DNA of 58,151 nt from Candidatus Micrarchaeota archaeon (GCA_027449585.1 DAIDLJ010000002.1:1-58151), one strand, 5' to 3'. Positions 40,172 through 49,679 are shown, counted from the first letter of the stretch. Notes: generated by a model from the letters alone, not told the origin. Numbers and translations: made by a program.

Positions 40172-41218
40172 TCATTGCTGCTTGTTTGTCGACGAATTTA
40201 GTCGGTTGAACAGCGCCAGCACTATCGCTGCTGCGATGATTATGAAGCCTAGCCAGGCCCTGTAGTCCTGCACGTTGTTTATTGCAAAGACTATGCCAAG
40301 GAAGAGGTTGCAGAAGGCAAAGAGCGGAGGGATGGCAGGAAGAGCCACCTTGTACCTCTTGAGAAGATACATGGTGAATATCATCCCAAAGGTTGCGCCC
40401 ACGGCGATCATGATGGCTGCAAAGTAGCTTAGGAAGCTTATGTAGGCGCTTACGGAGAGCATCAGTGGCAGTGCAAGGTCGCCAGTGCCTAGCTGCACCT
40501 GCGACACTACTGGAAATATGCCATTCTTGACGAGATTCTTTACAAGAGGGTCGGTTGGCCTGGCCTGCTTTTTATACTCGGCAAGGTCCTTCTTTGAAAG
40601 ATACTTCTTTGGTATCGCCTCGTAATCAGTAGAGCCTATAAGGAATGCTAGATTCTTGGAGGAGATCTCGTTTGCCATTGTTAGCATGTGTTTTGTTATG
40701 AATACGGCGATATAGTCGTATATGGTTATGAGCAGCATTAGGAAGTAAGCCAGGTAGAATCCGTTGGATCCTATTAGTATGCCGACGCCAATGCTTGACG
40801 AGACGGCCAGGAAGTTCCTAAGTCCCGGACGTATGTTCTTTATGATTATAAGAGCGCCAGTAACTACTGCAGCGAATATGAGCAGGCTGTTTGGGTTTAT
40901 GGATGGCAGCGCGGTGCTCAGGATCGAGAAGAGCACATAACCCGTGGCCATCAATATGACTACGGCCTCCATTAGCCTGAAGATGCCTGGCTTCCTATAG
41001 AAACGCATAAGCAGCAGTAGAGCTGCAGTCGCCGCGAGTATGTAGAGGAGGTATATGAATGCGCCTTCGAACGAGTTTATCTGGACCGAGTTTCCCTGCA
41101 CGTAGTAGAGTATGGATGGCATTGTGTATATGGCTATTAGCAGGCCGCCGAACTGCACTACAAGAAATAGCACTATTATGTTGACAAGCTGCCTTGCCTC
41201 TATCTTTCTCTCCAGCAA
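40172..41218 (-). CDS. Presenilin/SPP-like GxGD intramembrane aspartyl protease
   Basis: YDYIAVF, LGTGD, LPAIP (PAL-like) motifs; about 9 TM helices. Confidence 0.88.
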   Translation of the reverse strand: MLERKIEARQLVNIIVLFLVVQFGGLLIAIYTMPSILYYVQGNSVQINSFEGAFIYLLYILAATAALLLLMRFYRKPGIFRLMEAVVILMATGYVLFSILSTALPSINPNSLLIFAAVVTGALIIIKNIRPGLRNFLAVSSSIGVGILIGSNGFYLAYFLMLLITIYDYIAVFITKHMLTMANEISSKNLAFLIGSTDYEAIPKKYLSKKDLAEYKKQARPTDPLVKNLVKNGIFPVVSQVQLGTGDLALPLMLSVSAYISFLSYFAAIMIAVGATFGMIFTMYLLKRYKVALPAIPPLFAFCNLFLGIVFAINNVQDYRAWLGFIIIAAAIVLALFNRLNSSTNKQQ

Positions 41219-41226
41219 AACACCGC

Positions 41227-43299
41227 TTATTCCTCTTCGCGCTTCACCAATTTAAGTATTCCGGGCTTAGGTGTATAGATGTCACCGCTTCGCTCAAGTT
41301 CGTTGACATATTTTGTCGTTTCGGCCCTGCTTATGTTGAGCGCCTCGGCGTCATCGAGCACGCGCTTGTAGTCCGCACCTGACCCTTCGTCAAGCTTCTT
41401 TATGAGCGCAACTATCTGGTTCATCTTGCTTATCTTCTCCTTCGGGTAACCGGTCATTATCCTGTCTATGTCCAGGTTGCCTGCGCTGTCCACCCCCAGG
41501 GTCTTGAACATGTACTGGAAGAGAGCTATTGCAAGCTCCGCATCCTTGAGCTCTATCTTGTTTGAGAGCCTGGACTTCGTGCTGGCCTCGGCCATCCTCA
41601 CAAGGCCCTCTATCTGCCTTGGCGTGATCGGCGTGGATCCTGTCCTCATTCCCTTTGACCTGAGATTTAGGTAATAATCCTCTATCCTCTTGCTGGCCTC
41701 TGGCGTGAGCCTTGGATTTATGTGCCTCTTTGCATAGGCTATGTACTTCCTGAGCATTTCAGGGGTTACTGGTGGGAGCTGCGGCTGCTCGTAGTTTGTT
41801 GCGCCCGAGACCTTTGCTCCGGCCGATTCATGCTGCAGGAGTATGTGCCTTGCTATTGACTTGTCCTGCGCCTCGTCCATGATGTCCTGTATTGGAAATA
41901 TAAGATCGAACCTTGACAGAAGCGCAGGGGAGATGTTGAACTGGTCTGAGGGATATGCACTCTTGTCAAACCTCCCGAACTTTGGATTTGCAGCTGCTAG
42001 AACAGAGGTTTTTGCGGAAAATCTGGCAACTATTCCTGCTTTTGCCACGCTTATTGTCTGAGACTCTAGAGCCTCAAGAAGCGAGGACTTGTCCTCCTCG
42101 CTTATCTTGTCAAATTCATCTATGCTAACCTCACCGCCTGAACCCAGCACGAGTGCGCCGGCCTTGAGCGTCCAGCCGCCTTCGGATAGCTCATCTCGTT
42201 CTGCAGATGCAGTAAGACCAGCGGACGTGGTGGATTTTCCGCTGACATATATTCCCTTTGGGACTATGGCGGTAACGGCCTGCAAGAGCCTTGTCTTGGC
42301 GCTTCCAGGATCCCCTATTAGCATTATATGAATGTCGCTCCTTATGGCACCGCCGTCTATTAGCTTCTTGTCCGCCGTCCCACCGAAAAGCTGCAGCGCA
42401 AGGGCGCTTTTTATCTCGTCGTATCCGTATATCGACGGCGCGATGGATTTTGTTATCTTGTCGAAGATGTTTGGGTCCTTTGACATCTCAAGTATTGCAG
42501 CCTCGTCCTCGGCAGTAATGTCTAGTTCTGCAAATTCCTTCTGCTTGGGCCTGAGGGATACTGTATCGAAGAATGGCGTGAAGAGTGACTTGTCCTCCTT
42601 TCCCTTTGCATTCCTCCTTGGCCTGATCCTAAGTATGCCGGTTATCGAGACCCTATCTCCAGGTATTATGGTGTTGACAAGGTCGTCATCTATAACGACC
42701 TCCAGGTGCCATGTTGGCGTGCTGCCCCTGAGTCGCTCCAGCGGATCCTGGACTGCAAGCCTTTGCATGTTTATGAATTTTGACTCGTTGTTGATCTGCT
42801 TGAGCGCCCGCCTTTTGCACTGCGGGCATATCTCTGGTACGTCGTCCTTGTCTATCTTTGTCTCGATTGTGCTGCCGCAGAATGTGCACTTGAACTTTGC
42901 GACCTGCACACGTGGTATTATCTCCGATCTCTTGACCACAAGCGAGTCCAGGGTCAGGAGCTTGTTTATGTGCTCCGAACCGACATCCTGTATCAGTGGC
43001 ATGTTGGTTTCGGATCCAAAGAACCTGGAGTATACCGGCTCCTTGAGGTCGGATGGGCTTAGCTTTGTAAGCGCCGAATTTGCTATAGGCATTATAACGT
43101 CCGGATTTTCCTGTAGCTCAGTTGCAAGATCGACGTCATACCTCTCCAAGTCCTTCGTATCTATAAGGACGCTCCTCTTCTTTGGATAGCTGACATACAT
43201 GTCATTTATCTGGTCTATGTAGTATGAGTTGAAAAATTCGGTGAATCTGTCTTCTATTTGCCCTGAGGCTACGGCGTCTAAACTATCCATGAGTACCAC
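41227..43299 (-). CDS. mcm: MCM replicative helicase
   Basis: CTFC..CPQC zinc finger, GDPGSAKT, IDEFDK, SRFD arginine finger, C-terminal wHTH. Confidence 0.97.
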   Translation of the reverse strand: MVLMDSLDAVASGQIEDRFTEFFNSYYIDQINDMYVSYPKKRSVLIDTKDLERYDVDLATELQENPDVIMPIANSALTKLSPSDLKEPVYSRFFGSETNMPLIQDVGSEHINKLLTLDSLVVKRSEIIPRVQVAKFKCTFCGSTIETKIDKDDVPEICPQCKRRALKQINNESKFINMQRLAVQDPLERLRGSTPTWHLEVVIDDDLVNTIIPGDRVSITGILRIRPRRNAKGKEDKSLFTPFFDTVSLRPKQKEFAELDITAEDEAAILEMSKDPNIFDKITKSIAPSIYGYDEIKSALALQLFGGTADKKLIDGGAIRSDIHIMLIGDPGSAKTRLLQAVTAIVPKGIYVSGKSTTSAGLTASAERDELSEGGWTLKAGALVLGSGGEVSIDEFDKISEEDKSSLLEALESQTISVAKAGIVARFSAKTSVLAAANPKFGRFDKSAYPSDQFNISPALLSRFDLIFPIQDIMDEAQDKSIARHILLQHESAGAKVSGATNYEQPQLPPVTPEMLRKYIAYAKRHINPRLTPEASKRIEDYYLNLRSKGMRTGSTPITPRQIEGLVRMAEASTKSRLSNKIELKDAELAIALFQYMFKTLGVDSAGNLDIDRIMTGYPKEKISKMNQIVALIKKLDEGSGADYKRVLDDAEALNISRAETTKYVNELERSGDIYTPKPGILKLVKREEE

Positions 43300-43387
43300 T
43301 ACAAGCAGACCCTTATACCCTCGCTGCGAACAATATAAAAATTATCCCTAAATAATAGAATAGTGGAAGTAACCCGCAGATGGTTTT

Positions 43388-44896
43388 TTGCCTAAATTTT
43401 ACATAACGACCTCAATACCGTATGTCAATGCGAAACCGCACATCGGGCACGCGCTTGAATTTGTGCAGGCGGACGTTATAGCAAGACACAGAAAGATGCA
43501 TGGAGAGCAAGTCAAAATGACCACTGGGGGGGATGAGAACAGCCTAAAGATAGTTTTGGCTGCTGAGAAGCTTGGAAAGTCTGCCGCTGAGTTGTGCGAG
43601 GAGAACTCTGGCAGGTTCAAGGAACTTGCCGACATGATAGAACTTGATTATGATGCGTTTGTCAGGACATCGATAGATCCGGGACATAAGAAGGTGGCGC
43701 AGGCGCTCTGGAAGGCGTGCGATAGCGCTGGTGACATCTACAAAAAGAAGTATGGGGGGCTTTATTGCGTTGGTTGTGAGCTGTTCTATACCGAAAACGA
43801 GCTTGAGGGGGGATTGTGCCCGGAGCACAAAACGAAGCCGGAGTTTGTTGAAGAGGAAAACTATTTCTTCAGGCTATCTAAGTATCAGGACAAGCTGCTT
43901 GAGCTGATAGAGAGCGACCAGGTGAAGATAATACCAGACTTTAGGAAGACTGAGATGCTGAACTTCATAAAGTCCGGGCTTAGCGACTTTAGCATTTCAC
44001 GGTCAATAAGCAGGTCCCATGGATGGGGGCTCAAAGTTCCTGGCGATGAGTCCCAGATAATATATGTGTGGTTCGACGCGCTTGGGACATACCTTACTGG
44101 CGTGGGCTTTGCATCTGATCAAAAGGAGTTTGACACGTACTGGCCGGCAGACATGCACGTGGTTGGAAAGGGAATATTGAGGTTTCATGCAATCTATTGG
44201 ATTGCGATGCTCATGTCCGCCAAAATAAGGCTGCCGAAGTCGATACTTGTGCACGGATATGTGACCGTGGATGGCCAGAAGATGAGCAAGAGCATAGGAA
44301 ACGTGGTGGACCCGGTAGAGGTCGTGAAGAAGTACGGCGCAGAACCTATTAGGTACTATTTGATGAAGGAGATATCCACATTCCAGGACGGCGACTTCTC
44401 CGAGACAAAGCTAAGGGATGTGATAAACAACGAGCTCGTAGGCAATCTGGGTAATTTTGTCAACAGAACATTCGTATTCATAAATTCTAAGCTTGGCGGG
44501 AGACTGGCTGAGGCTGGGCTTGGTGAAGGGGCGCTGCTGATGAAAGAAGTTCATGATCTTGTTGGCTTGGCAGATAAGCTGCTTGAGGAGGGGCAGTTGA
44601 ACTTTGCTATTCTCAAGATACTGGAGATATCAAGCATGGGAAATAGGTACTTCCAGGAAAATGAGCCGTGGAGGCTAGTGAAGGAGGGCGACAACGAAGC
44701 TGCGCGGGAAGTACTGTTCGTATGCGCAAACATAGCGCGCGTTTTGGGGATAATGCTCTATCCATTCATGCCTTGCGCCTCTGAGGAGCTTCTTGCCCAG
44801 ATTGGCGAGAAGCCGGGATCAATCGATGATGCAAAAAAAATAACCGCATCCTTTGAGATAAGCAAGCTGCAGCTGTTGTTTAGCAAGGTCGAATGA
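43388..44896 (+). CDS. metG: Methionyl-tRNA synthetase (short, single-knuckle MetRS1 type)
   Basis: YVNAKPHIGH, YCVGCE..CPEH, YVWFDAL, KMSKS; no C-terminal tRNA-binding domain; TTG start. Confidence 0.95.
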   Translation: MPKFYITTSIPYVNAKPHIGHALEFVQADVIARHRKMHGEQVKMTTGGDENSLKIVLAAEKLGKSAAELCEENSGRFKELADMIELDYDAFVRTSIDPGHKKVAQALWKACDSAGDIYKKKYGGLYCVGCELFYTENELEGGLCPEHKTKPEFVEEENYFFRLSKYQDKLLELIESDQVKIIPDFRKTEMLNFIKSGLSDFSISRSISRSHGWGLKVPGDESQIIYVWFDALGTYLTGVGFASDQKEFDTYWPADMHVVGKGILRFHAIYWIAMLMSAKIRLPKSILVHGYVTVDGQKMSKSIGNVVDPVEVVKKYGAEPIRYYLMKEISTFQDGDFSETKLRDVINNELVGNLGNFVNRTFVFINSKLGGRLAEAGLGEGALLMKEVHDLVGLADKLLEEGQLNFAILKILEISSMGNRYFQENEPWRLVKEGDNEAAREVLFVCANIARVLGIMLYPFMPCASEELLAQIGEKPGSIDDAKKITASFEISKLQLLFSKVE

Positions 44897-44936
44897 GCCT
44901 ATAACTGTTTTATACTTATTTCTACATCATATCTTT

Positions 44937-44985
44937 GTGATGACCGAGAACTTGTCTGATTTATGATGACGATCTTGAGTGCTGA
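44937..44985 (+). ncRNA. Box C/D methylation guide sRNA
   Basis: C box GTGATGA (44937-43), 12-nt guide, D' CTGA (44956-59), C' ATGATGA (44963-69), 12-nt guide, D CTGA (44982-85); TATA-like TTTTATAC at 44908-15. Confidence 0.9.
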
Positions 44986-44990
44986 TTTAC

Positions 44991-45203
44991 GTGGGAAGGA
45001 TCTCCAGGGATGCTATAAGGAAGCTTGTTAAGAAACACTTTGATGTCAGTGTAACCGCCGGAGGGGCGGAGGAGATAGCAAAAATACTCGAGAACGAGGC
45101 GGAGAAGATAGCAAGCTATGCGGTCAAGAACGCAAAAAAGAACAGCCGGGACAAGGTCATAAAGAAGGATATAAACGATTATGTAATAAAGGGAAGGCGC
45201 TGA
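44991..45203 (+). CDS. Archaeal histone-fold protein
   Basis: ISRDAIRKLVK..VTAGGAEEIAKILE..AVKNAKKNSRDKVIKKDI three-helix histone fold with R..V...D loop; GTG start at 44991. Confidence 0.85.
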   Translation: MGRISRDAIRKLVKKHFDVSVTAGGAEEIAKILENEAEKIASYAVKNAKKNSRDKVIKKDINDYVIKGRR

Positions 45204-45208
45204 TTCTG

Positions 45209-45760
45209 ATGGCTCTGGACTTCCTGATTAGCGATGATGGACGGATCGTTACAAGCACTTACGAAAGGGAGGGCCAGAGTAGGTTCTGCCTGTCTGAAAG
45301 AACAAAGTATGGAACACTGATATCGGAATTTAGCTCCAATTCTGAGGTATTAAACCAGGTTCATATAGGGAGCACTGATAATGAGAAGAGCCTGCTTGAA
45401 TATCTAGGGTCAAAGGAGCGGCGCGTTGTCCTAGTTGGCGCTTATCGCGGCATAAAAGTGAACGCGAAGTGCAGTTCCTGTGGCAAGATCGGACTTCGGC
45501 GCATACTCGACTTATCAAGCCCGATGGAGATAACCGAGGTGCCGGTAGTCCCGCTATTCAAGTGTGCTGCATGCGGCAAGATTCATTACTCTATGACTGA
45601 CGAGTATTTGAGACGGATAATGCAGGACAAGGAAGGGCTCTTTGAACCCGGGGAGCTAGCTGAGGTGCGCAAGGATGGGAATGCTTCGGTAAAGATGCTG
45701 CAAGAGTATATAATAAGAATTTTTGCTTCCAAGAAGATTAGTAGATTCAAGATAGAATGA
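45209..45760 (+). CDS. Hypothetical protein with zinc-ribbon-like CxxC pairs
   Basis: CSSC and CAAC motifs; packed between the histone and PRC-barrel genes. Confidence 0.65.
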   Translation: MALDFLISDDGRIVTSTYEREGQSRFCLSERTKYGTLISEFSSNSEVLNQVHIGSTDNEKSLLEYLGSKERRVVLVGAYRGIKVNAKCSSCGKIGLRRILDLSSPMEITEVPVVPLFKCAACGKIHYSMTDEYLRRIMQDKEGLFEPGELAEVRKDGNASVKMLQEYIIRIFASKKISRFKIE

Positions 45761-45764
45761 TTAT

Positions 45765-46007
45765 ATGACAGTAAACATATCCGAACTTTACAACAAGAAG
45801 ATTCTGACGCTAGGAGGCAGGATACTCGGGGAGGTGAAGGGAGTGATGCTTAACATGGAGAATGGTGAGGTCTCACATCTGCTCCTCAATAATCCAGACA
45901 ATCTCATGCGCAGCAGCAACTTGCGCACAGACTTCATAAAGAACAGCGTATCCTTCAAGAGAGTAAGGAAGATAACGGAGAGCATAGTCGTTTCAGACGC
46001 AGAGTAA
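45765..46007 (+). CDS. PRC-barrel domain protein
   Basis: ISELYNKKILTLGGRILGEVKGVMLNMENGEVSHL..VSFKRVRKITESIVV. Confidence 0.85.
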   Translation: MTVNISELYNKKILTLGGRILGEVKGVMLNMENGEVSHLLLNNPDNLMRSSNLRTDFIKNSVSFKRVRKITESIVVSDAE

Positions 46008-46120
46008 ATTGCAAACCAGCAAATAGACTTTGACGACTAGACGCAACGCAGCTGGTGAGGTCTTAGTTCGGGCTTAATCGGAATTGGCTTCTGTATGATT
46101 TTTCTGGCGCTAAGTCAGGA

Positions 46121-46252
46121 TCAGTTTGTAGATACTTCCTTTGTAAGCGAGGATCTCTTCTTTGCGAGAACCCTATATCCGCAATACTGACACCTTATGA
46201 ACTTATCCAGAGACTTGGCCTCCTTTCCGCAATGAAGACATACGTATGACAT
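46121..46252 (-). CDS. rpoP: RNA polymerase subunit Rpo12/P (43 aa, below the ORF-track cutoff)
   Basis: Manual translation MSYVCLHCGKEAKSLDKFIRCQYCGYRVLAKKRSSLTKEVSTN; expected position after eL43. Confidence 0.93.
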   Translation of the reverse strand: MSYVCLHCGKEAKSLDKFIRCQYCGYRVLAKKRSSLTKEVSTN

Positions 46253-46260
46253 AAAATCCA

Positions 46261-46623
46261 CTATTTTTTATTATAATTCTTGAGCCACTTTGACAGTTCC
46301 TGGTGTATATTGGAAAAGCTAGTATCTATAACACGTATGTTGAGCTTTTGCTTGTATTCTTCCTCGTCCAGAGTCAGCATCGGCATGTACTTGTCCATCT
46401 TTGCATAATGGAGCTCGAGCCAGTGCAGCTTTCCCTTAAGGTAGTCCTTTGTGACTTCGTCAGTCATTGGCAGCGAGGAGAAGCTGAAAAGGAATCCGTT
46501 TACCCAGTAGAGAGGCATTGTCCCCTGCGGCGTTACTCTCTCCCTAAGTAGATCGTCCTTTGTGACTTCGACTATCTCGTGTATCACGAGCTCTTCGGCG
46601 GGTGAATAAGTTATCCTTGCCAT
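46261..46623 (-). CDS. Hypothetical protein between rpl37ae and rpoP
   Basis: Tightly packed 120-aa ORF in the operon. Confidence 0.75.
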   Translation of the reverse strand: MARITYSPAEELVIHEIVEVTKDDLLRERVTPQGTMPLYWVNGFLFSFSSLPMTDEVTKDYLKGKLHWLELHYAKMDKYMPMLTLDEEEYKQKLNIRVIDTSFSNIHQELSKWLKNYNKK

Positions 46624-46627
46624 CTTT

Positions 46628-46855
46628 TTACCTGTTAAGCAGCCTGCTTACCGTCTCTCCTGCAGTAGTATGGAATGTGTATGCGCCTCCTGCGAATGTA
46701 GAATCGCAATGCCTGCAGTGCCATATGCCATTCATGACGCGCTTGACTGCGACCTTTCCGCATAGGTCGCATTTGTACCTCTTGCGCTTGTCGGCTCCGA
46801 CAGCAAGAAACCTCTTCCTTAGGCTTACTCCGTATCTTACGTTAAAATTTGCCAT
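46628..46855 (-). CDS. rpl37ae: Ribosomal protein eL43 (L37Ae)
   Basis: RYGVSLRK, CDLC, GIWHCRHC, FAGGAY. Confidence 0.95.
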   Translation of the reverse strand: MANFNVRYGVSLRKRFLAVGADKRKRYKCDLCGKVAVKRVMNGIWHCRHCDSTFAGGAYTFHTTAGETVSRLLNR

Positions 46856-46859
46856 ATTA

Positions 46860-47642
46860 TCACTCTTTTGCACGATCGATGTGCTTCCTGAGCTCTTTGG
46901 ACTTATCAAATGTTATGTCCAATAGGTTTTCTAACTCTTTCGGTGCAAAGGCGCCGGAGAGGCCCTTTTGCATTGCCCTTAGAACCTTCTCGTCGTTTGC
47001 CATTGTTACGCGCGCGTCCATGAAGGCTTCCTCGTTGCCGTCAGGATCAAGAACTATGTTCTCTGCGATCTTTGCAAATGTGCATGATGTGACGATGTTG
47101 TCGACCTTCAGTTTACCAAGGTTTCCTTCCCGTATAACTTCGTCCCCCTCAAGCCTTGGCATCCTTGCCGTTGAAAGCGCTGTGGAAGCCGCAAGAGTTC
47201 CTGCATCGAAGAGGTTGCCGTCATAATTGAGCACGTATACGTCTATGAATAGGTCCCAGACCTTGCCTTCCTCTATGAAGAGTGCTTTGGTATCTATCAT
47301 GCCCGATGACCTTATTCCTCTATCTATCACTCGCCCTAGCTCGATTGCTTCTGGAGATGGCGGACCAGACTCAAAGGACTCTGATGCAAGAGGAAGCAGC
47401 TCTGCAGAAGTTATTAGGTTTCCCTCATTTGGTTTGTCCGGCATTGGTTCGCCGACGCCTAGCTTTACTCCAACTAGCACTCTTGTATTTCCAAAATTTA
47501 CATCAGCCGAACCTTCGGCGTTTGGAATAGATCCCTTCCTGACCGTTATCTTCCTGTAGTCGAGCATGTCCCTTCCATCTTCCCTTGCACCTGATGCAAG
47601 CAGATCTCTTATGTAGTCTCCAGTTACTGTTCGTATTTGCAT
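46860..47642 (-). CDS. rrp42: Exosome subunit Rrp42
   Basis: REDGR, AEGSA, FESGPP, RVIDRGIR, NYDGNLFDA. Confidence 0.96.
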   Translation of the reverse strand: MQIRTVTGDYIRDLLASGAREDGRDMLDYRKITVRKGSIPNAEGSADVNFGNTRVLVGVKLGVGEPMPDKPNEGNLITSAELLPLASESFESGPPSPEAIELGRVIDRGIRSSGMIDTKALFIEEGKVWDLFIDVYVLNYDGNLFDAGTLAASTALSTARMPRLEGDEVIREGNLGKLKVDNIVTSCTFAKIAENIVLDPDGNEEAFMDARVTMANDEKVLRAMQKGLSGAFAPKELENLLDITFDKSKELRKHIDRAKE

Positions 47643-47647
47643 GAAAA

Positions 47648-48388
47648 TCACTTTCTATATTTATCCAGGGTCTTCTCATATGGCGCCCTGAGCGCCTCGC
47701 GCTGCACCTTCGAAATGGCCTCTCCGGCCTTCTTTATCATTTCGAGCCCGCGACGTACTTCCTCCTTTGTCATGTTGCCATCCATCTGCAATAGTAGTAT
47801 ATCTCCGGTCCTTGGGCTTATTGCCACGGGCATATCTGCGTCGGAGTAGTTGTCTTCTATCTTATTCATGTCGAGTATAAGCTCGTCTCCAACCTTTCCT
47901 ACGGAGACTGCAAACGGTATGTCGGTCATTGGTATTCCGGAAGCCGCGAATGCGACTGCGGCCGCAGTTATCCCTGCTGCCCTTGTTCCCCCATCCGCCT
48001 GCAGGACATCTATGTAAAGGTCCATCTCAGCTCCGGGGAATTGCTCAAGCAGCATCACGTTCTGGAAGACCTCTTTTGTAACCTTTGATATCTCAGTGGA
48101 TCTCCTGTTGGGCCCGGTTCTTCCGTGATCTTCGAGCGAAGAGAACGGAGACATCTGATACCTGCATTTTATTATCGCCTTTTCCGGATCCTGGACGTGC
48201 TTTGGCAGCGCCTCCTTCGGGCCGTAAACTGCGGCAAGTATCTTGTTGTTGCCCCATTCTATGTAAGCAGATCCTACTGCGTTCTTCACTGCTCCAACCT
48301 CTATCTTAAGAGGCCTGAGCTCGTCAGAGGCCCTTCCGTCGAGCCTTTTCCCATTTATTATTAGTTGTGGTTTTTCTCCTCCGCCCAT
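47648..48388 (-). CDS. rrp41: Exosome catalytic subunit Rrp41
   Basis: RLDGR, GSAYIEWG, RRSTEISK, QADGGTR, DMPVA. Confidence 0.97.
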   Translation of the reverse strand: MGGGEKPQLIINGKRLDGRASDELRPLKIEVGAVKNAVGSAYIEWGNNKILAAVYGPKEALPKHVQDPEKAIIKCRYQMSPFSSLEDHGRTGPNRRSTEISKVTKEVFQNVMLLEQFPGAEMDLYIDVLQADGGTRAAGITAAAVAFAASGIPMTDIPFAVSVGKVGDELILDMNKIEDNYSDADMPVAISPRTGDILLLQMDGNMTKEEVRRGLEMIKKAGEAISKVQREALRAPYEKTLDKYRK

Positions 48389-48390
48389 TC

Positions 48391-48993
48391 TTACACCTTG
48401 TTTCCTGACAACAGCACCTTTATACGCTCGGTTAGGCCAGTTGTGTGCGCCTCCTCGACTATCTTAAGGATGGCCATCGTTGCGAGGTCTATCTTGCCTC
48501 CACGAAGCCATATTATGCCGTTTAATCCGATGACTATCGTTGTGCCTGTGCCTTCGGTTATCTGCTTTAGCATCGAGTTGCCCTTGCCGATTATCCTTGG
48601 GATTCTTGATGGGCTTACAGCCATTATCTTTCCGCCGTTGAGCCTTGTGGGCTTTAGCAGCATCACCGTGCCTCCCTTCTCGAGCTGCTTTACTGTGGCT
48701 GATACAACATCCCCAGCAGAGAGTTCTGCGTCGACGAACTTAGCAAGCGCCAGGCCCTTGTACGGAGCCTTGAGGTTTATCAGGTACATCGTGCCCTTGT
48801 CTTCCTCAATCACGCCTATTACATTGTCTCCTGATCGCGGCTGCCAGAGGCCTTCGAGAGGTATTAGGGACTTCCTATCCTCGTCAAAATAACCCATTAT
48901 GCACGTATATGTGCCATTCTTGTCCGAAATCGTATTTTCTATTCTAACCGGGGTACTTGTAAGTTTCTCTCCCGGAACTACTATTCTTTGCAT
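48391..48993 (-). CDS. rrp4: Exosome RNA-binding subunit Rrp4
   Basis: VVPGE, S1 domain, KH motif PRIIGKGNSM, EEAHTTGLT. Confidence 0.93.
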   Translation of the reverse strand: MQRIVVPGEKLTSTPVRIENTISDKNGTYTCIMGYFDEDRKSLIPLEGLWQPRSGDNVIGVIEEDKGTMYLINLKAPYKGLALAKFVDAELSAGDVVSATVKQLEKGGTVMLLKPTRLNGGKIMAVSPSRIPRIIGKGNSMLKQITEGTGTTIVIGLNGIIWLRGGKIDLATMAILKIVEEAHTTGLTERIKVLLSGNKV

Positions 48994-48995
48994 TT

Positions 48996-49679
48996 TTACA
49001 CCATGTTTCTTGACTGCGCGCTGCCTTTTGTGAAGTTGTTGAGCTTCTCGAAGAATTCTCCCTGCAGTCCTGCTGGGAATTCCAGAATTGCCTTAAGTGA
49101 GCCGTCGGACATCCACTCCTCTGATTTAAGTCCGTATTGCTTTAGGAGCCCAAAGCTTCTGTTGGCATACTCGGCAGGAATCACCACCTCCATCTTTGCC
49201 GTGGCGAACTTTATCGGTAATATCATATTAATCTTCTTGACTACAGTGTCAACCTGCTCCTGCGCACCCTTTAGCGGATCTATGGTGACCTTCGCCGTCT
49301 GCATTGCATTCTCTATTCTCTGCAGGGGATGGGGGGCGCCGGTCTTTGGATCTATGGAATTCCTTGCTATTATCTGTTCTATCTGCTTGCGCTTCTCCTC
49401 TGTAAGCTTGCGGTGCTGCTCGGTGGTTATTGGCACGTTTCCGTGCTTGAGTATGTATTCGGCTATCTTTGGGAGATCTGTTGTCTGGAAAGCCTTCTTG
49501 AGCTTTTCCTGGCTGGGCTTCTCTCCCTTGTTGGCGTCAGAAAAGACTTCCTCGACAGTAAGCACGGACATTGCATCGGCGCGCTTTCCAGTAACATAAT
49601 CATATGCTAGATCTGAGTCTACGAATATCTCGAAGTGATCCCCGTTCGCAGAGTACTTTGCTATTACTGTCTTTGACAT
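48996..49679 (-). CDS. Ribosome maturation factor SBDS/Sdo1
   Basis: HFEIFV, VFSDANKG, DPKTGAPHP, ILPIKF. Confidence 0.95.
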   Translation of the reverse strand: MSKTVIAKYSANGDHFEIFVDSDLAYDYVTGKRADAMSVLTVEEVFSDANKGEKPSQEKLKKAFQTTDLPKIAEYILKHGNVPITTEQHRKLTEEKRKQIEQIIARNSIDPKTGAPHPLQRIENAMQTAKVTIDPLKGAQEQVDTVVKKINMILPIKFATAKMEVVIPAEYANRSFGLLKQYGLKSEEWMSDGSLKAILEFPAGLQGEFFEKLNNFTKGSAQSRNMV

